Of a stretch of 64,000 nucleotides of DNA, positions 58,236 to 64,000 are shown piece by piece. The DNA lies in sequence record OQ349392.1; one strand, written 5' to 3'. Each line of letters starts with the position of its first letter. The stretch's first letter is position 1. The notes beneath the pieces are model-generated. The model was not told the origin of the DNA. It saw only the letters and a program-made list of their open reading frames with translations, and made no database searches. The DNA is from Escherichia phage KIT06. The translations under genes were made by a program, and so were the position numbers.

Positions 58236-58793
58236 TTATGGCCTCTCATACACATAGCTTCTCAATTTATTAGCCCAACGACTCCAATTTCCAACTATAG
58301 TTTTTGTGTAATTTTTAACAAGAGTTTTTCTTATTGGAGCTGGAGGATTCGTTGGTTCAGTAGTATCAGAAGATGACCTAGAATTACTGCCAGAACCTCC
58401 AGATTCACCTTGTTCTTGGTAGTCATATATTAATGTTACTTCGTAAGTGAATGTCTTCTGGAGGTTTTGAGGAGCTTTCCACAAATATAACTGAGTATTA
58501 GAATCAGTTGGAAGGTCTTCCCATGAAGCAGCAGTTTTAAATTCATTATCTAAACGATATTTCAGCGCATCATTTCCAAATCCAAATACAGATTCATACG
58601 TTCCATATAAACGATTTTCTTCTACTAAAACCCCAGGAGTTTCTTCGTAACTAGTTATATTTATAGATACTAACGTTTCACCCGTTTCTAATTGAGCGGT
58701 AAAGGTGACGTCGATAGAAGAACCTTCCATGGATTCTCCTAAATCAGCGCTCATTGGAAGTATATTAGCCAATGTCAATCCTCGATCCATCAA
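58236..58793 (-). CDS. Hypothetical protein (5.1 position), 185 aa
   Basis: ORF track; overlaps gene 5 stop by 29 nt. Confidence 0.65.
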
Positions 58794-60492
58794 TTGTGTA
58801 TTGACCAGATGAAATAGAACTCATAGATGCCATTTTTTCTGTCCAATCACCACCAACGTCCCAGTCAACCGTCCCAGCAACTTTCCAAGAAAGATTTCCA
58901 TTTACTGTATTAGTCTGATTTCCTTCAACTAAAGTGGTAGCATCCCCTTTAACTGTAATGTCAGCATTACCTTCAACTACAATAGTAACATTACCTTTGA
59001 CTAGGATAGTTCCATTACCTTCAACCGTCTTAGTTTCATCGCCACGCACAAATATTGTGTTGCTTCCATCTATTTGGTGAAGACGATTATCCATGTTGTA
59101 ATAAATTTCTGATCCACCGACGTTAGTCTTTTTATCGCCGGCTACTAAAAAATTACCATCAGCATTTGTTATATCATACAAATTATCAACAGTTTTTCTT
59201 GTTCTTCTTCCTGACGGTGATACTTCCTCATATGTTCCAGTCGGATGAACTAATCTGTATCGTTCTTGTCCCGGGGTATCGTCAAATTCCTGAATATGAC
59301 CGCTTTCAGTTTCCATTGTATGAACATACGGATATTCACCTTTATATGAAGAAACAGGTTCTTTGAATAAAATTCTCGAATCATTCGGAATAGGAGGATC
59401 AGCTGGATCAGAAGACTTTGCTACAGTAGCAGCCATTGCAGACAAAGACCTAGCTGGCGTTTTCACTTCAATACCGTATGATTCCAAATTCCCGGTAAGA
59501 ATAATCATGGTAACACGGGATGCACGGCCTTTTGTTTGTTGATACCACAATGAATCACGACCGGCTTTATATGCTTTTTCCCAATCTCCGGCTAACATAG
59601 CAGTTAACATTGTGTTAAATTTAGCTACACCGCCAACACCCATCTGAAATGCCATATTTTCTAATGCCATTTGACGAGAACGATTAACTGCCTGCCAAAC
59701 TGGGCCAACTTTAGAATGTGATTTAATGTCACGTTGCATATCAGCCAAATCACGTTCAAATAAAGTTACCGCTTCTTCCATTGTAATAGAACCTGGATTT
59801 CCGGTAATTTCACGACCAACTTGTTTTGATAAAACTTTATTAATTTGGGCCATATCACGAACTGGCTGCTTCATGATAAGATGACCAATACCAATTGTCG
59901 GATATCCTTCGGTATCCCAATAAACTTTTAGTCTTAATCCTTCATCACGGCGAAGCATTTCAGCCATTGACATATTTGGATTATCATCAGTTGGAATCTC
60001 TGATAGTGGTCTATCATCGGGATTTATCGCAGTATCTAAATTACTATCTTGGATAATATTAGAAGACGAATCATATCCTACTTCTCCGCCTTGGTTTAAT
60101 ACGTTAGTATCATTTCCTAGACGTCTAGGATACTGTCCAGTCGGGTCAGAAAATCCTTCAAGTCTATTAGGCTTTTCGCGAACTATTCCGCCATATGTGC
60201 CAAGAACAATTCCGTTAGTTTTCCATTTGTCTAAAAAATGACCATAAACTCTAGTTCCTTCTACTGGCCCTGTAACAGAACCTCCAATTCCAGACATTGC
60301 TGCAGAAGTTATAGGTTGAATAACTGACATCCAAGGCAATTTATCAGTTGGAATACCCATTACATCGCCTTGCGCTCTTTGAGGTGGATGCAGACCAACT
60401 ACACGAACACGAACACGACCTAATTTTAATGGGTCCATTCTATCTTCAACAACACCAACAAACCAATTAAGATTATTACTTATCATTTCCAT
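58765..60492 (-). CDS. 5: Baseplate central spike with lysozyme domain gp5, 575 aa
   Basis: Internal T4-lysozyme-like segment LKVYWDTEGYPTIGIGHLI; C-terminal beta-helix repeats (VEGN, VKGN); 575 aa. Confidence 0.95.
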   Translation of the reverse strand: MEMISNNLNWFVGVVEDRMDPLKLGRVRVRVVGLHPPQRAQGDVMGIPTDKLPWMSVIQPITSAAMSGIGGSVTGPVEGTRVYGHFLDKWKTNGIVLGTYGGIVREKPNRLEGFSDPTGQYPRRLGNDTNVLNQGGEVGYDSSSNIIQDSNLDTAINPDDRPLSEIPTDDNPNMSMAEMLRRDEGLRLKVYWDTEGYPTIGIGHLIMKQPVRDMAQINKVLSKQVGREITGNPGSITMEEAVTLFERDLADMQRDIKSHSKVGPVWQAVNRSRQMALENMAFQMGVGGVAKFNTMLTAMLAGDWEKAYKAGRDSLWYQQTKGRASRVTMIILTGNLESYGIEVKTPARSLSAMAATVAKSSDPADPPIPNDSRILFKEPVSSYKGEYPYVHTMETESGHIQEFDDTPGQERYRLVHPTGTYEEVSPSGRRTRKTVDNLYDITNADGNFLVAGDKKTNVGGSEIYYNMDNRLHQIDGSNTIFVRGDETKTVEGNGTILVKGNVTIVVEGNADITVKGDATTLVEGNQTNTVNGNLSWKVAGTVDWDVGGDWTEKMASMSSISSGQYTIDGSRIDIG

Positions 60493-61066
60493 AAGATTTC
60501 TCCATTATACGTATAAGGTCGTTCATAAATGAATTGATGTCTGATTTTGCTATTATTTTTATTTGACGAAGTTTTTCATTTTCAAGAACAGCAGCTTCAT
60601 ACGTATCGACCGCAGCAAGTGCTCCTTCGTATTGAGGATATTTTCTAGCTTTATCGCCTTTGTCATACCAAACATACGGATTATCATCGTATGATATTAA
60701 ATTATAAAATTTTTCACCATTCTCATTCACGTGATATACTATTTGGTCTCCACCTACATTTTTGTATTTTTGTATAGATGCTTGATAAGCAGCTTCTTGC
60801 GAAGTAATCCATCCATAATACGGATCGTAATTATCATTACACATCAATAAAACCCAATACAACTGCGGATTTCCATATATAGCATTTGCTAATTCTTCCG
60901 GGCGTGGTGAACCTTTAATATAATAAGTACGTAAGCGATATCCCGCAAGAGCGCGTTTGAAATAGTCTTTATAGTTTCTAAAAATATCTGTCATAGGAAT
61001 AGTCGGCGCGTTTTTATTCACCGTTTTGGCCGCATATTCAATCGGATCAAAAAATGTAAAGAGCAT
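60476..61066 (-). CDS. 53: Baseplate wedge protein gp53, 196 aa
   Basis: Length and synteny; late promoter upstream. Confidence 0.9.
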   Translation of the reverse strand: MLFTFFDPIEYAAKTVNKNAPTIPMTDIFRNYKDYFKRALAGYRLRTYYIKGSPRPEELANAIYGNPQLYWVLLMCNDNYDPYYGWITSQEAAYQASIQKYKNVGGDQIVYHVNENGEKFYNLISYDDNPYVWYDKGDKARKYPQYEGALAAVDTYEAAVLENEKLRQIKIIAKSDINSFMNDLIRIMEKSYGNDK

Positions 61067-61079
61067 GGGCCCTCCTGTT

Positions 61080-61102
61080 TATAAATATATTATCTATTTA
61101 TA
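61080..61102. promoter_or_regulatory. Divergent late promoters: TATAAATA (+) for gene 4 at 61080-61087 and TATAAATA (-) for gene 53 at 61095-61102
   Basis: gtTTATAAATAtattatcTATTTATAagg in the 47-bp gap between divergent late genes. Confidence 0.6.
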
Positions 61103-61113
61103 AGGAGAATCCA

Positions 61114-61566
61114 ATGGCATATTCTGGAAAATGGGTTCCTAAAAATATATCAAAATATAGAGGTGACCCTAAAAAAATTACGTATAGATCAAATTGGGAA
61201 AAATTCTTTTTTGAATGGTTAGATAAAAATCCAGAAATTATTGCATGGGGTAGTGAAACAGCAGTAATTCCTTATTTTTGTAATGCAGAAGGGAAAAAAC
61301 GTAGATACTTCATGGATATTTGGATGAAAGATTCTTCTGGACAAGAATTTTTTATTGAAATAAAACCTAAAAAAGAAACACAACCACCAGTTAAACCGGC
61401 ACATCTAACAACTGCAGCGAAGAAAAGATTTATGAATGAAATTTATACATATTCCGTTAATACCGACAAATGGAAAGCAGCACAATCTTTAGCTGAAAAG
61501 CGCGGAATAAAATTTAGAATTCTAACAGAAGATGGATTACGAGCTCTTGGCTTTAAGGGGGCATAA
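61114..61566 (+). CDS. 4: Head completion protein gp4, 150 aa
   Basis: 150-aa ORF; late promoter TATAAATA about 27 bp upstream; synteny 4-2-3-1. Confidence 0.85.
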   Translation: MAYSGKWVPKNISKYRGDPKKITYRSNWEKFFFEWLDKNPEIIAWGSETAVIPYFCNAEGKKRRYFMDIWMKDSSGQEFFIEIKPKKETQPPVKPAHLTTAAKKRFMNEIYTYSVNTDKWKAAQSLAEKRGIKFRILTEDGLRALGFKGA

Positions 61567-62390
61567 TGGCTATTTTTCAAATAATTAATGAAAGCACTCC
61601 CCAAGTTCCAAAGGTTAAGCAATCATTAAACGAAAAGAAATGGATTCAGATAGGTCTTGAATACAGAAAGGCCAAAGCAAAAGGAATGACAGGAAAGCAA
61701 TTTGCTGAAGAAAGAGGAATTAAATATTCTACGTTTACTTCGGCAATGTCAAAATATGCTTCAGGAATTAAAACGGCTGAAAAGATTCAAAAGCTTGAAT
61801 CAAAACCAATGAATAAACTCAATAAGCAAGAAAGACAACTGCTTATGATAAATTCATTCAGACAAACGTTGCGTGATAAAATTCGTAATGAAGGTGCAGC
61901 AATTAATAATAAAACCAGAAAGTGGTTTGCTGAAACTATTAAGCAAGTAAAAGGACATAAAGTTGTTCGCCCGCAGCCGGGACGAATATATGCTTTTGCT
62001 TACGATGCTAAACACAAAGAAACTCTTCCTTATTGGGATAAATTTCCTTTGATAATTTACCTCGGTTTAGGTAAACATAATTTAATGTACGGATTGAACT
62101 TGCACTATATTCCACCTAAAGCTCGTCAGCAATTTCTAGAAGAGCTTTTAAAGCAATATTCAAATACACCTACTATTACTAATAAAACGAAATTAAAAAT
62201 TGATTGGAGCCAAGTGAAAGGATTTAGGGGTGCAGACCAAATGATTAAGGCATATATACCTGGTAATATTATGGGTAGCCTTGTTGAAATCGCCCCGAAA
62301 GACTGGGCGAACGTTGTGTTGATGCCACTTCAGCAGTTCGTTTCAAAAGGAAAACGTTTCTCTGCAAACAAAGTCTGGTCAAATATCTAA
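61566..62390 (+). CDS. 2: DNA end-protector protein gp2, 274 aa
   Basis: Length and synteny; coupled to gene 4 stop. Confidence 0.85.
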   Translation: MAIFQIINESTPQVPKVKQSLNEKKWIQIGLEYRKAKAKGMTGKQFAEERGIKYSTFTSAMSKYASGIKTAEKIQKLESKPMNKLNKQERQLLMINSFRQTLRDKIRNEGAAINNKTRKWFAETIKQVKGHKVVRPQPGRIYAFAYDAKHKETLPYWDKFPLIIYLGLGKHNLMYGLNLHYIPPKARQQFLEELLKQYSNTPTITNKTKLKIDWSQVKGFRGADQMIKAYIPGNIMGSLVEIAPKDWANVVLMPLQQFVSKGKRFSANKVWSNI

Positions 62391-62496
62391 TTCTATTATC
62401 TTCCATTCTTTTCTATTGTTTGTTCTAATTGGAATTGAATGGAAGGGACTTAGACCCATTATACCACCAACACTTATAAAGCATTATGAGGAATAT

Positions 62497-63027
62497 ATGT
62501 CGCAAGCACTACAACAAATTTTTAACCAAGCAAATACAACTAACTTTGTAGTATCAATACCACATAGTAATACTACATCTGCTTTTACTTTAAATGCTCA
62601 GTCAGTTCCTATTCCGGGAATTAGGATACCTGTTACTGATACCGTGACTGGGCCGTTTGGACTAGGCCGTGCACAGCGTCCAGGAGTTACATTTGAGTAC
62701 GACCCACTCATTGTGAGATTTATAGTTGATGAAGAGCTTAAGTCATGGATAGGAATGTATGAATGGATGCTAGGAACTAGTAACTATCTTACAGGCGAAA
62801 ATACTGCCCAAAAAACAGGTCCTGAATACATTACGCTTTACATTTTAGATAACAGTAAAACTGAAATCGTGATGTCAATAAATTTTTATAAGCCTTGGGT
62901 TTCTGACCTGTCTGAAGTAGAATTTAGCTACACGGAAGATTCAGACCCAGCTTTAGTATGTACAGCAACGATTCCTTATACGTATTTTCAAGTAGAAAAA
63001 GATGGTAAAATTATAGCAGAAGTTTAA
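62497..63027 (+). CDS. 3: Tail completion / sheath stabiliser gp3, 176 aa
   Basis: ORF track 62416..63027 starts at TTG; trimmed to ATG at 62497 after GAGGAA SD. Confidence 0.85.
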   Translation: MSQALQQIFNQANTTNFVVSIPHSNTTSAFTLNAQSVPIPGIRIPVTDTVTGPFGLGRAQRPGVTFEYDPLIVRFIVDEELKSWIGMYEWMLGTSNYLTGENTAQKTGPEYITLYILDNSKTEIVMSINFYKPWVSDLSEVEFSYTEDSDPALVCTATIPYTYFQVEKDGKIIAEV

Positions 63028-63051
63028 TGCTTCAGTTTTGTGTGTTATAAT
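63025..63051 (+). promoter_or_regulatory. Middle promoter candidate for gene 1: MotA box taaTGCTTcA plus TATAAT
   Basis: TGCTT at 63028-63032, TATAAT at 63046-63051; same stop-codon-plus-MotA-box arrangement as at uvsY. Confidence 0.5.
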
Positions 63052-63076
63052 CTTAACTAAATTTGAGGAGAAACAT

Positions 63077-63790
63077 ATGAAACTAATCTTTTTAAGTGGT
63101 GTAAAGCGTAGTGGAAAAGATACTACTGCAGATTTTATCATGAATAATTATTCTGCAGTTAAATATCAACTTGCTGGTCCTATTAAGGATGCATTGGCTT
63201 ATGCATGGGGCGTATTTGCAGCAAACACTGACTATCCTTGTTTAACTCGTAAAGAGTTTGAAGGAATTGACTATGATCGCGAGACTAATTTAAATCTGAC
63301 TAAATTAGAAGTAATTACGATTATGGAACAAGCATTTTGCTATCTTAATAGTAAAAGCCCAATTAAAGGTGTGTTTGTTTTTGATGACGCAGTTAATTTC
63401 GTAGCATTTAACAAGATTGCTGACGTTATAAATAATATTGAAGATCAATGGTCAGTCCGTCGTCTGATGCAAGCCCTAGGTACGGATTTGATTGTTAATA
63501 ACTTCGACCGCATGTATTGGGTAAAATTATTTGCTTTAGATTATCTTGATAAATTTAACTCAGGTTATGATTATTATATCGTTCCTGATACTCGTCAAGA
63601 TCATGAAATGGATGCGGCTAGGGCGATGGGTGCTACAGTAATTCATGTAGTTCGTCCTGGTCAAAAATCCAATGATACTCATATTACAGAAGCTGGATTG
63701 CCAATTCGTGATGGTGATTTAGTAATTACAAACGATGGTTCTCTTGAAGAACTTTTTTCTAAAATTAAAAATACACTAAAGGTACTATAA
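63077..63790 (+). CDS. 1: Deoxynucleoside monophosphate kinase gp1, 237 aa
   Basis: ORF track 63038..63790 starts at TTG; ATG at 63077 (MKLIFLSGVKRSGKDT, P-loop); MotA-box middle promoter upstream. Confidence 0.9.
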   Translation: MKLIFLSGVKRSGKDTTADFIMNNYSAVKYQLAGPIKDALAYAWGVFAANTDYPCLTRKEFEGIDYDRETNLNLTKLEVITIMEQAFCYLNSKSPIKGVFVFDDAVNFVAFNKIADVINNIEDQWSVRRLMQALGTDLIVNNFDRMYWVKLFALDYLDKFNSGYDYYIVPDTRQDHEMDAARAMGATVIHVVRPGQKSNDTHITEAGLPIRDGDLVITNDGSLEELFSKIKNTLKVL

Positions 63791-64000
63791 TGTCTGAACA
63801 AACTATTGAACAAAAACTGTCTGCTGAAATCGTAACTCTGAAGTCTCGTATCCTTGATACGCAGGACCAGGCGGCTCGTCTGATGGAAGAATCCAAAATT
63901 CTGCAAGGAACTTTGGCTGAAATTGCTCGTGCAGTAGGTATCACTGGCGATACTATCAAAGTTGAAGAAATCGTTGAAGCTGTCAAAAATCTTACTGCTG
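63790..64000 (+). CDS. 57A: Tail-fiber assembly chaperone gp57A, N-terminal part (3' end outside window)
   Basis: ATG overlapping gene 1 stop (TAATG); MSEQTIEQKLSAEIVTLKSRILDTQDQAARL... coiled-coil; position after gene 1 as in T4. Confidence 0.75.
   Translation, partial: MSEQTIEQKLSAEIVTLKSRILDTQDQAARLMEESKILQGTLAEIARAVGITGDTIKVEEIVEAVKNLTA

Overview
This window is a contiguous 64-kb segment of a T4-like (T-even, Tequatrovirus-type) myovirus genome, recognised from gene order and near-identity of many proteins to remembered T4 sequences (no database search was possible). The + strand carries early/middle genes: nrdB 3' end, denA, rnlA, alc, pseT, cd, 31, rIII, the 30.x small-ORF cluster, DNA ligase 30 and two tandem Alt ADP-ribosyltransferases. 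The - strand carries late structural operons: 54-48-29-28-27-51, then 24, 23-22-21-68-67-20-19-18-17-16-15-14-13-wac-12-11-10-9-8-7-6-5.4-5-53. Shorter + strand blocks sit between them: 26-25-uvsY, inh-hoc-rnlB, and 4-2-3-1-57A. Coding density is about 95 percent, with recognisable late (TATAAATA), middle (MotA box plus -10) and early-like (GTTTAC-N17/18-TAnnAT) promoters and many tetraloop hairpin terminators. I found no tRNA, CRISPR array, integrase or foreign island, and no convincing evidence of a wholly new multi-gene system; most of the window is conserved T4-type core. The observations worth a second look are: (1) a perfect 127-bp tandem duplication inside essential baseplate gene 7 that frameshifts it into two ORFs; (2) a perfect 54-bp direct repeat at two intergenic sites 15 kb apart, each folding into a hairpin that sequesters the downstream Shine-Dalgarno; (3) two tandem, diverged Alt-family ADP-ribosyltransferases; (4) a Hoc protein with only two Ig-like repeats; (5) a roughly 400-bp ORF-free, locally GC-rich island after rIII; (6) a NADAR/YbiA-like ORF next to a HAD-like ORF in the 30.x cluster; and (7) no homing-endonuclease gene at two junctions where I recall T4 carrying segD and segE. 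Coordinates of promoters and hairpins were read by eye and may be off by 1-3 bp.
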